Virus record (IMG/VR): IMGVR_UViG_2718218115_000003
Direction: 5' to 3' (one strand)
From: an uncultured virus (IMG/VR IMGVR_UViG_2718218115_000003)
Lineage: Duplodnaviria; Heunggongvirae; Uroviricota; Caudoviricetes
Length of the DNA: 64,000 nt
The position numbers and the translations under genes are program-made. Of the stretch, positions 39,323 to 51,438 are shown in pieces (positions within the stretch are counted from its first letter, which is position 1; the number at the start of each line of letters is the position of its first letter). The notes beneath the pieces are model-generated. The model was not told where the DNA came from and made no database searches. It saw only the letters and a program-made list of their open reading frames with translations.

Positions 39323-42300
39323 AAAATAGGTATGGGATTCAGCGGACGCTTACAATGGTGATACTTTATCTTCTCAAAGTATAGATATTTCTAAGCTTAG
39401 AAATGATCTAACTTTGACTAACACTGAAGTAGGGAAAAAAGCCTCAAGTGAAGCACTTGAAACAACAAATTCAAAAGTAACTGAACAAGCTGGACAGATT
39501 AAAGCAGTTACTGAACAATCAAATACCTTATCAGCAAATCTTAACAAGTCTGCACCAGCTGGCACGAATTTGTTAATCAACTCTAATGTAGTAGGAACTT
39601 ACAATGGAGTTTCATATCCTCATCTACGCTATAAAGTGGGGGAAGACTGGGAAGTAGGAGCAAAATACACACTTCTTTGGTGTGCTGAGCATACACGAGG
39701 TGCTGGTGATACAAACTCTAATTTAACTGTATATGCTGGTGGCGGAAGTCAGTGGGTTCAAGCTTGCCCTGCAGGTGCAGGTAAAGTAATTAATAAAGTT
39801 ACTTTTACAAAAAGTTCTGCAGGCACAGGTAGAGAAATTCAATTCTATATGATTAATAAACCTACAGCAGACAAAAATTCTGTAGGTACTGTTTACTGGG
39901 CCGTATTGGTTAAAGGGGAATTCATAACTACAGATAATTGGATTGCAAGTCCTTACGACTTCAATGCAGCATTCGATCAAGTATCAGCAAATTTAAATGA
40001 ATTTAAACAAACGTATGTTACTGAAAGTACTGCTTTAGCTAAAAAAACTCAAAACTTAGAATCAACAATTAATGATCCTGTAAATGGTTTGGCAGCACAG
40101 GCTAAACAAATTTCAGACCGGATGACTAAATCTGATGTTGATAGCGCAATATCAACTACAACCGAAGCTTTGAAAACAAGTATCGGTGGAAAGGCTTTTG
40201 ACAACATTGTGGTCGGGGGGAATGTCGAAAAAAGCAAAACGGGTGGTTATGTACAAATATCATATCCCTTAGCAAAAAGTTTAAATGCACCTGGTATTAC
40301 TGTTACCGTCAGAGCAAAAGTTACCTTTGATAATGGAGGGAACAATGCAGCCAATTTGCGTATATATATTGGCGGAGCTAATGTATTTAATGCAGATGCG
40401 CCTATTTTTTCAGCTAGTAAAGACATTTTCGAATTTACCTTAACTACAATTGCTAGAACAGACTCAACGGTTGTTAATTTTGCTTGTTTTCCAAATTCGT
40501 CAGCAAATGCTAATGCCACTACTACAGTGCATTGGGTAGAAGTTTTTGAGGGTAATAATAAAGCGTTAAATGATAAGGTAAGTACTTCAACTCTAATTAA
40601 GGATTACTCTTCTAAAGCAGATACTGCTCAAGCAATAACTTCTGCAACTGAAACCCTTGAAGCTAAATTTCGTCAAAAATTTGGTGATCTATGGACTAAC
40701 AGTTCAGCAACTCTTGATAGTACTCGTTATACAAAAACTGAGACTAATCAAGCGATTGCAGAGGAAAGTAAAATCATCAAAGCCGCTATTTCAACTAGTG
40801 GTGGTGATAATATTATTAAAAATGGTGATTTCTCAAGCCCTTTAGGCACCTTAAATTGGCGTCAAAATTCTGCTGTGGCAGGTAATCTACTTGAAGTTTA
40901 TAAAGATTCAAAAGGTGCTACTTGGGGGCACTTTAAATCTACTGATACAACTACATACTTTAAAGGGTTTATTGAAACTCTGACATTGGCAGATGGTTTA
41001 GAGATGAATCAGAAGTACACATTGTCATTTAAAGCAATGTCGTTGACAGCTGCACAGACTCAAATTTTATTAATTATACACCGTCGAGATTCATCAGGTA
41101 GTAACAACCAAATTGGTACTACATGGAATAACATTTCGACTGATAAAGAAACATTATGTACTTATACCTTTGATACAAATATTATTAATTTACAGCATAT
41201 TAACTTAATTTTATATTCGCAAGTAGGTTTTGCTCCTGACTTTTTAATTAGAGAAGTGCAACTTGAAAAAGGTGAGTTAGCCACTGGTTTTAGAAAAAAT
41301 CCTCGTGAACTAATTAAGGATCTTGAAGCTAATGCTTCTGCAATTGAGGGTACTAAAGCGGATGTTCAAAAAAACGGTGAGAAGATTACTTCACTTGCAG
41401 AGAATTATGCGACTTTAAAATCTACTGTAGACAATAATAAAACTGCTGTAGATGGTAAGTTTCAGGAAATTAATTCAACTATTAGTGATAATCAACAGAA
41501 CACCACACAGTCTATTAATAACTTGGAATCAAGTTATAAACAATTAAATCAGGACCTTGGTCAAGTTTTCAATTACCGTGTTTATTCATGTGGCTGGAAT
41601 GGCTTTTTCACAGGGATTAAAAACTTAAAGGGTGAAATCAAATCAGTAGCTTCAGCTCGTGGTTTTTCAGTACATGTTTTAGCAGCTGATGGTTCTATTG
41701 CTTCTTCAACTAGATATGATACTTATGCAGCTGTAGCAAATGCTACGGCAATGAGTAACGCTATTGCTGCGATTCCAAATGACACCTTTGTTATCGTTAC
41801 AAACTACGACAGTATTGGGGTAAACCTAGCACCAGTTAAGAATGCACTAATTTCATTAGGTGCCAATCCATTCACACTTGATCAAATAACGGGTCGGGAT
41901 GCATACATTTTAGTTGGTCAGAAGGGGATTGGTTCAGGTCGTGGTATAGAATTGCATGCAACACCAGATACTGGACCAAATGGGGCTAAGCAAATCATGC
42001 TTGCAGTCCAAGTAGTTAGTGGTATCCCGATTGGTCTGGCAAACAATAGTGGAAACTTACAAAAGGTTTTAGAAAACCACGCACAAATTCTTCAAGAAAA
42101 AATTACAAGATCTGATGCGAAAGAAGTATTTGCTGAGGAAATCAAAGTTTTTAAAGCACAACTTGATACTTTACGTTACTCAGAAGAGAACTGGATTTTA
42201 CTTGGTGATGATACTAAAAATTTAAGTATTTCTACTGGTACAAACCGAACTGTAGCTGTTTGGGAACTGCAATATAAACACAAGGAAATTCCAATTGATA

Positions 42301-45300
42301 AGGGTGATCCAATAGTTGCGAGAATCAAATACACAGCAACTGCAGGATTAGTTGGCGCTACATGTAGTATTCAATTTCATGGTGCAACTTATAGTGTAGG
42401 GTTGCCTTCGTTTGTTGTAGCTGCAAGTGGTGAAATAGAACTTACTGGTATTTTCCCATCTGATTTAAAAGCCTCTGCTTTTGAAGCTATTCCATTGGGT
42501 TTACGGTTTGATAATGCTCCATCTGGTGGAACATTTACTGTAACTAATATGTTTATTAGCCGGGGTAATTCAGCGCCAAATTTTAAGGGCGGATTTAGAT
42601 CGTCTCTTAAACAAAATGCTCAATTTGTTGAAGATACTTTTATCAAGGCTGATGTAAATAAAGGGGTTATAGCTCAGCAAATTCAACAATATGATGCAAC
42701 TGTACCTGGTGGTTTATCTTCTGTAGTAAAAACAACAAAAGCTACAGCTGACCAAACATCAAAGGATCTAGCTACACTTAGAAATACTGAAATTTCTCAG
42801 CTTCAAACAAGTACAAATAATCTTGGTTCCGCATTAGAAAACACAACAATGCTGGCGATGATGATTACTAATGGAAAATTGTTGCAGGGAGACGTAAATT
42901 TCAAAAAAGGTAACAATGGTGTATCTGTCTATAACAATGCCGGCAATGGGAACGTGACAGTTACTCGTGTCGCGAAAAGTGCTGATAACCCAACTACATC
43001 AACCTATGAAATTGAAATTAAAACCATTGGTGCTGCCAGCCCAACATGGGGTGGATTTGTTCAACTCGTTTATGGCCGTGCAAATGCTGTTTTTGTTATC
43101 AAGTATTTAATCAAGCTACCAGTTGGATATAAATTGGTGAATGCTGGTAACGCAATGGGGACAGGGGCAATTGATCGATTCATTGGCAATACTGAGGGTA
43201 CAGGCAAATTCGAAACATATATTCGAATGATTAAATGTGGTGCTGTAGGTTCTTTCTCTAACTCAGGACATGTTTATGTGGCGGGAGGATCTACACCAAC
43301 AGCTACTGCGCCTTTAGTTTGGACCTTAGCCCAAATCGAGCAATATGACGTTACTGATTACGCTTCAGCTGACCCGACTTTACAGGACTTTGTTTCTTCA
43401 GCCACAGACTCTATATCAACATTAACGAACTTCAAAGAAACTTGGGCTGCCAAACTTACTGAAATGTCTTCAAAATTAGACAGTAAAAACGGCGCTTATA
43501 TTTTGAATGCGGATATAACAAATACTAATGTTGAGCGTGCAATTGCAGCATCTTCACAGAAAATTACTTCTGAATATACCAATGCTATGAGTGTGCAGCC
43601 ATTGAGTTCAGGTGCAGGGAAAATTTTCGTTAAGCCTTTAACTTGGCGTCAAGCAATCACTACTTCGGGTACATTGGTTATTAAGACACCAATTACAGTT
43701 GGTGCGTACATGACCAAGGTTAAAATTTCTGGTTATAACTACAATAACAAAGAAGATAATATTTTCGATCTGGATTTGGCATTTTATGCATATACGTCAA
43801 CAGTGCCATTTTATTCGAATATGACCTCTCGTTCTTTTGGTATCACTTTAGATGAAAGTAATGCTACGACTAAAGGTCTAGCTTTAGCTTTAGATAGCAA
43901 TAATAAGGTGTGCATCTTAATTACCAAAAAAGATGCTTGGTCTTACCCAGCAATTACAGTTGAGTCGGCCACTATTACTCATACAAATCCGCCAGATTAC
44001 TTTAAAGATGGCTGGACGGCGGCCATTGAAACAGATTTATCAGTTTATAAGTCAGTTACGCCGTTTACAGTGACTTCAATGATGGAAACCACTGCAGGTT
44101 CACAAGCCAAAGTGGATGTTCCAATGGCTCAGTTAAGTGATATTGCTGCTGATAATAAACTCACACCAGTTGAGAAAAAACAGGCGAAGTTGGTTTGGGA
44201 TACACTTTATCAAACTGATGCAAGCTTGCGAGCTGAGGCGGTCACATATGGGATATCTTCTGCTGCTTATGCAACGGCATTTAGTACTTTAAATACATAT
44301 TTGGCAGCTTTATTCGCAAATATGAATGTAACTAGTACGATTGACCGAAACCAGTTCATTACTAACTTTGCTAACGTGCACAATGCACGACAAGCATTAG
44401 TACGTGCAATATCGGAGAAGGCTAAAGAAATAGCTGATACTGCCAAGGACATAGCTTCTACTACAAAAGCGACATTAGAGCGTGATTACATGACGTCTAC
44501 CAAGACGAATGAAGCAATCGCATCTTCAACAGAAAGAATGTCTGCACTGTATTCTGCAAATGGTCAAAAGATCATGGCTTCAGTACTCGAAACATGGCAA
44601 AAAGATTGGTTAGTAAAAACACCAAGTGGGAATAAGACTGAACTTAGTTTAGTTGCAGATGCAACATGTCGTGGAGGATATGCACTAAGAATTGGTAATA
44701 ACGTAGGTAATGATGAAGCCTGGTTAAATTGGTTCACATCTTTGCCTATCGATGACAATAAATATTACCGAGTTAAGTATAGATTCCGCCGTGTAAGTGG
44801 TACCGGAGTTGTTTATGTTGGTGCGACCTGTCAAAACGCCAATAAAACAAAATATATTGCTCAAGATAACTCTGAAATCAATGATATCGGTTCAAGTCAT
44901 TATTTAGTTGCAGGTACCGCACCAGCGTTGGGAACTTGGATAACTGGTACCGCTTACTTTAAGGGCCGATCTGCTGGTGCAAGTGCAGGTGCTGGCACTC
45001 TACTAAGCCCTAAAACATTCGCAAACAAAGCTGCTTTCTTTACACCTGTATTCATTGGTAACTATTCAGGTAAAGCTGGTGAAGTGGATCTAGACTTTAT
45101 CGATATTGAAGATGCTGACAACATAGCTGATTTCGAAAATTTCAAAACCACATATACAACTGATGTGGGGGCATATGCTGGTGCATTACAAACTTTGGTT
45201 TCTGTTTACGGCCAAAATGCTATCAAGCTTAAATCACAAGCTGACTTGATTGATGGTGTGAAAGGTAAATACGTAATGGGTATGGACAATAACGGTGTGT

Positions 45301-45674
45301 TTACTGGTATGTCTATGGTCAGTGAGCAAACAAATGGAACTGTGCTCAGCTCAATAGGTTTCCAAGCGGATAGAATTTTCTTCACAACTGGTTCTTCTTC
45401 TACTAAATATATGCCGTTCATAATCCAAGACAATCAAGTTTTGATGAACAGTGATGTATTTATTAAGAATTTGACAGCCGCAAACTTTAAGGCCAAGTCT
45501 CTTACAGCTGAATTATTCAATGTTGACAAGTTAAGTGCCATAACTGGTGAACTTGGGACTTTAATTACTTATAAAGATCCTAGTCAGCCTCAAAAAGCAA
45601 GAATGGTCATTTCAGGGACCGCTTTAAAGTTATATGACGATAACAATATTGAGAGAATTTATATTGGTTTATAA

Positions 45675-46073
45675 ATGGCTACATTCTTATTAAGGGACCT
45701 CGGTGGCAACGTGGTCCTTGATCTAACATCTAATCTTAGTATGTATACAGAAACGTTAAGTGTTGTCCTCCCGAAAGGTTCATCTATGGACACAATTGTA
45801 CGAAAACTAGATACTGCTGAAAATCATCCAAGATGGTGGGCTTATGTAGCTTCTGGTGAAGTGTTATCTGCCAATAGTGCTGTAGTTGAGTCTTATTCAA
45901 ATGGTATGGGATGTGCCATTTTGACTAAAGCTATGGCTATTGAGGCTAAGCTGGGCGATAAGATACTTAATCAAATGGATGATACTTCATCTTATTTATT
46001 AATTTATGATTGTAGAGCTTATTACAATACAGCTTTTCAGCAAACGGTTAGTATTCATATAGGTAAATGCTAA
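45675..46073 (+). CDS. Tail-tip accessory protein
   Basis: F...D..GNVVLD start typical of genes following J-like fibres. Confidence 0.45.
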   Translation: MATFLLRDLGGNVVLDLTSNLSMYTETLSVVLPKGSSMDTIVRKLDTAENHPRWWAYVASGEVLSANSAVVESYSNGMGCAILTKAMAIEAKLGDKILNQMDDTSSYLLIYDCRAYYNTAFQQTVSIHIGKC

Positions 46074-46843
46074 TGGCTGAATACATCAAAATTCTCAATG
46101 ATAATAAAGTGACAATAATTGACGACAGCTATAGAAACTTTCACCTTATAAATAAGTTTGTTAGGGAAGTCGCTTCTTCAGACCCATTACCTCCTGCAGT
46201 GCTATCTGTATCTGGTTACGTTAAGTGTCATGTTTTGAATGTTACATCTTTACAAAGACCAATTGTGGTATTTACAGGCGTTTCTGTGATGCAGGTCAGA
46301 TATGAAGAAACTTCCACAAATAATTGGAAAATAACTGTAATTTTTGACACCTTAGACGACCAAGGAGGATTTAAATATAAGAATACTTTTCCTTTTACAA
46401 AAGCAACTTATTATGTATTTGGATTAATTACTTTATTAGAAAGTGGTCATTCGCCAAAATTACTAATTAAGAATGGTAAAGGTGAGATTGTATTTTCTAA
46501 CTCCCACAATCCTTTAAAAGTAGTTAAAGCAGAAACTTTTTATTTAAAAGGCAGTGCAAATTATTTTAGCTCATGGTTATCAGATATACCTGATTATAAT
46601 GCTAATAAGACTTATGGCTTGGCTTTAGCTTGTCCAGCTCATTATGAATATTATTGGGGAGCTGGTGGTTTGAGTTCTTATATGCATTCATACTGTACTA
46701 TAAAGACTAACTCATATAGTGATCCAACTTTCTCAGGTAAGATCCTTCGGGGATATACGATACTAGCTAATGGTATGAATACTTCAGCTAGTCTCTATTC
46801 TCCATTTCATAGTCATTTAATAGTTGATATTACTGGCTATTAA
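46073..46843 (+). CDS. Tail-tip accessory / receptor-binding-associated protein
   Basis: I.ND....IID..Y.N and L.I.N..G..VF.....PL.V motifs. Confidence 0.5.
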   Translation: MAEYIKILNDNKVTIIDDSYRNFHLINKFVREVASSDPLPPAVLSVSGYVKCHVLNVTSLQRPIVVFTGVSVMQVRYEETSTNNWKITVIFDTLDDQGGFKYKNTFPFTKATYYVFGLITLLESGHSPKLLIKNGKGEIVFSNSHNPLKVVKAETFYLKGSANYFSSWLSDIPDYNANKTYGLALACPAHYEYYWGAGGLSSYMHSYCTIKTNSYSDPTFSGKILRGYTILANGMNTSASLYSPFHSHLIVDITGY

Positions 46844-46866
46844 AAAGCCCCTTATTAGGGGCTTTC
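46842..46866. terminator. Bidirectional terminator between convergent genes
   Basis: AAAAGCCCC-ttatta-GGGGCTTT. Confidence 0.65.
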
Positions 46867-46870
46867 ATGT

Positions 46871-47065
46871 TTAAGCAGGCTGATCATTAACTGGTGGTTC
46901 TTCTACAAATGTGTAATTTACTGCTACCGACCCAGTCTCTAAATCCCAGCCTAGATTTAATGTTTTGAAAGCAGGACGGTTGTTAAAACGTTGCGCATTG
47001 ACGATGTCTTGGGTTTTTTGAGCTAATTCAATATCCAAAGCATTAAATACTTTAACTTCGGCCAT
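46871..47065 (-). CDS. Small hypothetical protein with minus-strand TGGAAC leader
   Basis: GAGG SD; TGGAAC on minus strand at 47144-47139, 79 nt upstream of ATG. Confidence 0.6.
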   Translation of the reverse strand: MAEVKVFNALDIELAQKTQDIVNAQRFNNRPAFKTLNLGWDLETGSVAVNYTFVEEPPVNDQPA

Positions 47066-47223
47066 GAGCTTTTCCTCTAATTAGATAAGAAATTTGTTCA
47101 GATAGAATTGCATGCAGTTAATTAATGGAATCTGTACGGTTCCAATTAACTTTGGAACCCATCTAAAAGTTAAAAATTATTAGTCATCAAAATACTTAAT
47201 TATTTAGGTATTTTGGCTTAGTT

Positions 47224-48759
47224 ATGTCTTCTCGGTTCTTATCGTTGTTACTCGGTGAAAATGTTAATTCATATGATCAGCAATTCGATACGTCTAATCA
47301 GGATGCAACAGCGCAGCTATATGAAACTATGGCTCCGTTTTCACTTGGGACTAACCAAACCAAAGCCAATAAGAAGCGTACTCGAAAAGAAATTCTTACT
47401 AAATGGGAGAGAATGTTACGCTTTGCACCTATCGCAGAGGGTATGGGGATTCATGTTTCTGCAGCCTTAGGCGGAGATTCTTATAGCGGCCAACAAGTCT
47501 TTATTACGCCCGCAGAACGGTTAAAAAAGGCGAATGGACCAGCAGCTGAAAAACTAAAAAAACAACTAGATGAGCGCCGTGTAAAGATGGAAAAGCTTAT
47601 CAATAAGTATTTAAGCAAACTTGCCCGAGATGCTATTTCTTTCGGTGATTCCTATGCACGTATTTATGGGAAAAAAGATATAGGTGTAATTGACCTCGTA
47701 TGCAATGAGTATACATATCCGCCATTAATACAACCGTTCGAACAAGGCAGTAAGACTGTCGCCTTTTTTTGTTTAGATCCTCGTAATTGGCAAAAAACTA
47801 TTACCAAACTGAATACTATTCAAATGGTACGTTTCAAAATGCCCCGTATGAGCAATATTGCTCAATATGAGCTTGTTGAAACTGGTCTTGTCACGAAAAT
47901 GTTGGAGGGTGATGATCCAGATGAGCTACCAATCTTACCAGCGCATTTAGGCGGCTCATTTCTTTATGAGATTGAAGATATTTATGATGATGTAATCCTC
48001 GCTTTGGCATCAATGAATAGCCAGCAAATTGCAGATACCGTAAATCAGATGTTCTTGACAGTAAATATGTCAGGAATGCCGCCAGCACAACGTCAAGCCT
48101 ATATCCGTGGTTTAGAAGGTTTACTCAAAAATCATGAGGCTTATGTCCGTGATGCTTTATCAGGTGGTGAAGCAGTCTGGAATACTGCTTTTCACATGCT
48201 TCCAGTATTTGATGAAAAACAAGTTCTAAATCCAGTGGGTGATATCAAGAATCAACGAAGCTCACCTATTAATATTGAACAGTTCATGATTAATGTCCGT
48301 TTGTTAATGGGCGGTATAGGTCTAGACCCAAGTATGGTAGGGTGGGCTGACATGTTAACTGGTGGTATTGGAGAAGGTGGAGCATTCCATACTTCTGCAC
48401 AAATCATGCGTAGGTCACAAGACATTCGAACAGCAGCTTCCGAAGGGATTAATCAAATTCTTCACTTGGATTGGGGTTTTGCTTATAACGAACAATTTGA
48501 GCCTGAAGATTACCCTTGGCAAGTTGAATATTATTCAAACCAAACTGCAGCAGCTACGGAAGAAATCAACAATGCTCAATCAAGAATGAATACAACATTA
48601 CTTAAAACACAAGTAATCGCATCATTGAAAGAATCAAATTTAGATGTAGATATTATGGCGTACATTCTTGAGCGCGATACAGGTATGAAATATGAGGAAG
48701 CATTAACATTAGCTGAAAGTATTGCTAAGAGCCGTAAATTTCCAGAGGATGAAGAATAA
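47224..48759 (+). CDS. Portal protein (P1 Prt-like)
   Basis: 511 aa; W..M...P...ARDAISFGDSY.R...GGSFL pattern typical of portals. Confidence 0.6.
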   Translation: MSSRFLSLLLGENVNSYDQQFDTSNQDATAQLYETMAPFSLGTNQTKANKKRTRKEILTKWERMLRFAPIAEGMGIHVSAALGGDSYSGQQVFITPAERLKKANGPAAEKLKKQLDERRVKMEKLINKYLSKLARDAISFGDSYARIYGKKDIGVIDLVCNEYTYPPLIQPFEQGSKTVAFFCLDPRNWQKTITKLNTIQMVRFKMPRMSNIAQYELVETGLVTKMLEGDDPDELPILPAHLGGSFLYEIEDIYDDVILALASMNSQQIADTVNQMFLTVNMSGMPPAQRQAYIRGLEGLLKNHEAYVRDALSGGEAVWNTAFHMLPVFDEKQVLNPVGDIKNQRSSPINIEQFMINVRLLMGGIGLDPSMVGWADMLTGGIGEGGAFHTSAQIMRRSQDIRTAASEGINQILHLDWGFAYNEQFEPEDYPWQVEYYSNQTAAATEEINNAQSRMNTTLLKTQVIASLKESNLDVDIMAYILERDTGMKYEEALTLAESIAKSRKFPEDEE

Positions 48760-49412
48760 TGGCTTTTTTTGAATACGAAACACAGAATAAAACTATAAAT
48801 AACAGTTTTGGAAACGTTTTAAATCCGTTTAAAGATCGTTTTGCTAAAAATCCTGTCTTATGGTCTGGTCTAACAGTGGATCGAGCTGTTTCCCATTATC
48901 AGGAACTTTACGCATTAGGTACACTTTCAGCTGCACATTTTGGAATTGAAATTCGCCCGTACCGTGCAAACAGTAAAATTGCTCAAGCAAATATTCCAAT
49001 TTTTGATCCTTCAAACAAAGTTGCTTGGTTAGCCAATAATGTAGATGTATCACTACTAGATGCCCAAACCGATGCAGTGCATGTGGGGCATTTTCAACTC
49101 AACCATGTAACTGGTAATGCTTCAAATGAGTTGAGCATTTCATTTATTGAGACTAAAGAAGCAGCTATTGCGAATAGTGCTAAAGCTATAAAAGAAATAA
49201 TGTTTAATAAGGATGGTACTCAGCCGCCACCAATTGAATACTTAATGAGATTAAAAATATATGCTTTTGATAAAGCTGCAAGAAATCAAAACCAATTTGA
49301 AATTGAGCATCTAGTTTCACTTCAAGCAGGCAATTTGCCCCTTGATGCCTCTAATAAAGCACATGCCATTGTTACTTTAAATTTCATCAAAATGTTTCCC
49401 AACTTAAAATAA
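48759..49412 (+). CDS. Putative baseplate / tube-like protein
   Basis: beta-rich tube-fold-like pattern (ELSISFIET); coupled to portal. Confidence 0.4.
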   Translation: MAFFEYETQNKTINNSFGNVLNPFKDRFAKNPVLWSGLTVDRAVSHYQELYALGTLSAAHFGIEIRPYRANSKIAQANIPIFDPSNKVAWLANNVDVSLLDAQTDAVHVGHFQLNHVTGNASNELSISFIETKEAAIANSAKAIKEIMFNKDGTQPPPIEYLMRLKIYAFDKAARNQNQFEIEHLVSLQAGNLPLDASNKAHAIVTLNFIKMFPNLK

Positions 49413-49485
49413 GCTATGGAACTCATTGCCTTTATAGATTCACCTACTTGAGAAAATATCCTCAAACTAAAATGAGGATAACTCC

Positions 49486-51438
49486 GTGAGTGTTAAATCA
49501 ATTTTCATTCAAACACACGCACCACATCAAAGCCGATTAGTACATGGTTTTGACTCTATGGTGAATAGTGGTGCTTGTTCAATTGGGTTTATTAAGGGTG
49601 ATTACCGTCAAATTAATGCTTTAGTCACTGAAGATTACACGGAAAATGATTTCTGGCGTGTTGTAAATTTAAAAGGTAAAAAGGGTGGGATAGATGCGTT
49701 TGATTCTGTTGCGGTATTAGGCGCTATCGATGACCAGCATGCAGCTGATTTAGCGATACTGCAATTTGGCCGAATGTTTGATGCTAGTGTTACAGATGTT
49801 ATTGAAACAAATCAATTTGGACTTAAGCGCCATTTATCATCACAACAATTTAATTTGACGGGTTCAAAACCGATTCAAAGATGGCAACTAGAACAATTAC
49901 AAAATGTTGTAGCAGCTGAAAAACCTGAATGGGATGGAATCAATTTAATTTCTCATGAGGGTGATACTTCTAAGTTGTTATTAGATATGCAACGAAATGA
50001 TGATCACAGCCAATTATTGAGTAAATTTGATGGGTTACCTACACTTTTATCTAGTCTAGGCGTAGAAGAAGCGCTTTACGACTCTATTATCGTTGATTAC
50101 CAGCATTTAGAGCAGCTGTCTGCAATTTTGCATCACTCTATGGATCAGTTTTCAAAAACTGGCGTCAAAATCGTTAACGTTACGGAAAGTAAGCCCTTTA
50201 AGCATAAAAAAGTCCTTCAAATTGCTCTTACTTATGATTTTGATGATGGCCAAAACTTCACAATCCTTTTTCATAAGCCAGATCGATTATCAAAAAAAAT
50301 TAGTCCAGCAGATTCATTAATTTCATGGAAGATTTTAATGAACAATCGGGATATTACGGCTGCAATTCAGCCTAATCAGGGAGAAGGAATATCAATTCCA
50401 GTTCTCGCTGGTCGAATTATGAAGTTGATTAACCAAAATAGTAATCGTTTTAAGCGGTTACAATCTAAAAAAGCAGAAAAGGCCAAGGCTTTAGCAGATG
50501 CTGAACTACGTCTCGAGCAAAAACAAAGTCAATTAAATTCTTTAAGTGCAGAAATTTGCAATTTATTAAATGAATTGGATCAGTTGCAAAATACATTGTT
50601 AATCAAGCAATCTGAGGAAAATGAAGGAATCATTAAAGAGAATAGTCTCGATAATGAGTTACCAGATAGTATTTCTGATGAAGAAGCCGCACGTTTAAAA
50701 GCCGATTTAAAGCGTTTAAATGCTGATCCTGAATGGGCAGGTGAAGATGGTTTACGTTACCAAGCATTCTTTGAACGTATCAATAAGGCTCTAGAGGGGG
50801 ACTCTGATGCGGTAGTTTGGGCACGTGAATGGATTTCTGAACTAGATGACCAGGCTTTGGCTCAACAGCAAGCAGAATTAGAAGCAAAAAAACTTATTGA
50901 TGCCGAAAATGAAGCTAAACAAAAAAGAGATGAAGAAGTTTTAGCTGCACGTGCAGCTGGTATAGCTGAAAACAAAATGATGCAAGCATGGTTAGACACT
51001 TTGGAAAATCCTGAAGATTCTAACAACATAGACTTTATGGCTTGGGTTTCAGATCGCCGTGGTGAATTCTTAAAAAACTGGAATGGGGCCGAAGGTTCAC
51101 CAGAATATTTAACAGCATTTTATGAATATTCAAGAGCATGGGCAGATGAACATTTAGCGGATCGCCTCAGTAATAAAGAGCCAGCCCAAAATTCAGATAA
51201 TGATGAATCTAAAGAACTAAATGCTCCGACAGAAGTTGAAGATCTTCAGCCTAGTACGACAAATGATGAAGGTAATCAACTTTACCGTTCAGTAATTGAA
51301 GGGCAGGTTAAAGTTAATCTTGAGTTATTAGAGCAAATTCGAGATGAAGCAGAAAAAGACTTAAATGATCCACTTCTTATTCCAGCGGTGACAGAACTCT
51401 TGAATCAAGTGCAAAAAATGGAAGCGGAGAATATCTAA
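49486..51438 (+). CDS. DarA-like internal head protein
   Basis: Central ...FDDGQ.FTILFH.PD...W...N.RDITAA domain (DarA_N-like), coiled coil, short helical C-terminus; synteny with DdrB- and DarB-like genes. Confidence 0.65.
   Translation: MSVKSIFIQTHAPHQSRLVHGFDSMVNSGACSIGFIKGDYRQINALVTEDYTENDFWRVVNLKGKKGGIDAFDSVAVLGAIDDQHAADLAILQFGRMFDASVTDVIETNQFGLKRHLSSQQFNLTGSKPIQRWQLEQLQNVVAAEKPEWDGINLISHEGDTSKLLLDMQRNDDHSQLLSKFDGLPTLLSSLGVEEALYDSIIVDYQHLEQLSAILHHSMDQFSKTGVKIVNVTESKPFKHKKVLQIALTYDFDDGQNFTILFHKPDRLSKKISPADSLISWKILMNNRDITAAIQPNQGEGISIPVLAGRIMKLINQNSNRFKRLQSKKAEKAKALADAELRLEQKQSQLNSLSAEICNLLNELDQLQNTLLIKQSEENEGIIKENSLDNELPDSISDEEAARLKADLKRLNADPEWAGEDGLRYQAFFERINKALEGDSDAVVWAREWISELDDQALAQQQAELEAKKLIDAENEAKQKRDEEVLAARAAGIAENKMMQAWLDTLENPEDSNNIDFMAWVSDRRGEFLKNWNGAEGSPEYLTAFYEYSRAWADEHLADRLSNKEPAQNSDNDESKELNAPTEVEDLQPSTTNDEGNQLYRSVIEGQVKVNLELLEQIRDEAEKDLNDPLLIPAVTELLNQVQKMEAENI

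Larger units (their letters stand above)
36863..39353 (+). mobile_element. IS66-family insertion sequence, 2491 bp
   Basis: Ends GTAAGCATCCG / CGGACGCTTAC; 8-bp TSD AATGGTGA at 36855-36862 and 39354-39361; higher GC than flanks. Confidence 0.95.
32820..45674 (+). pseudogene. Giant baseplate spike / central tail fibre gene (3,451 aa reconstructed) split by IS66
   Basis: 32820-36862 joins 39362-45674 in frame (KKNGDTLSSQ...LTNTEVG); N-terminal gpV/gp5 OB-fold (GEDVYVFFENGNEERPVI), beta-helix repeats, coiled coils, carbohydrate-binding-like modules, J-like C-terminus (FQADRIFF). Confidence 0.8.

Noticed and set aside
39414..45674. 2,086-aa ORF as a separate gene
   Set aside because: In-frame continuation of 32820 across the IS66; TTG start has no clear SD
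32820..46843. Diversity-generating retroelement or P1 Cin-type invertible fibre segment
   Set aside because: No reverse transcriptase or serine invertase in the window; internal duplications are diverged at protein level, not adenine-specific TR/VR pairs; no inverted crossover sites seen
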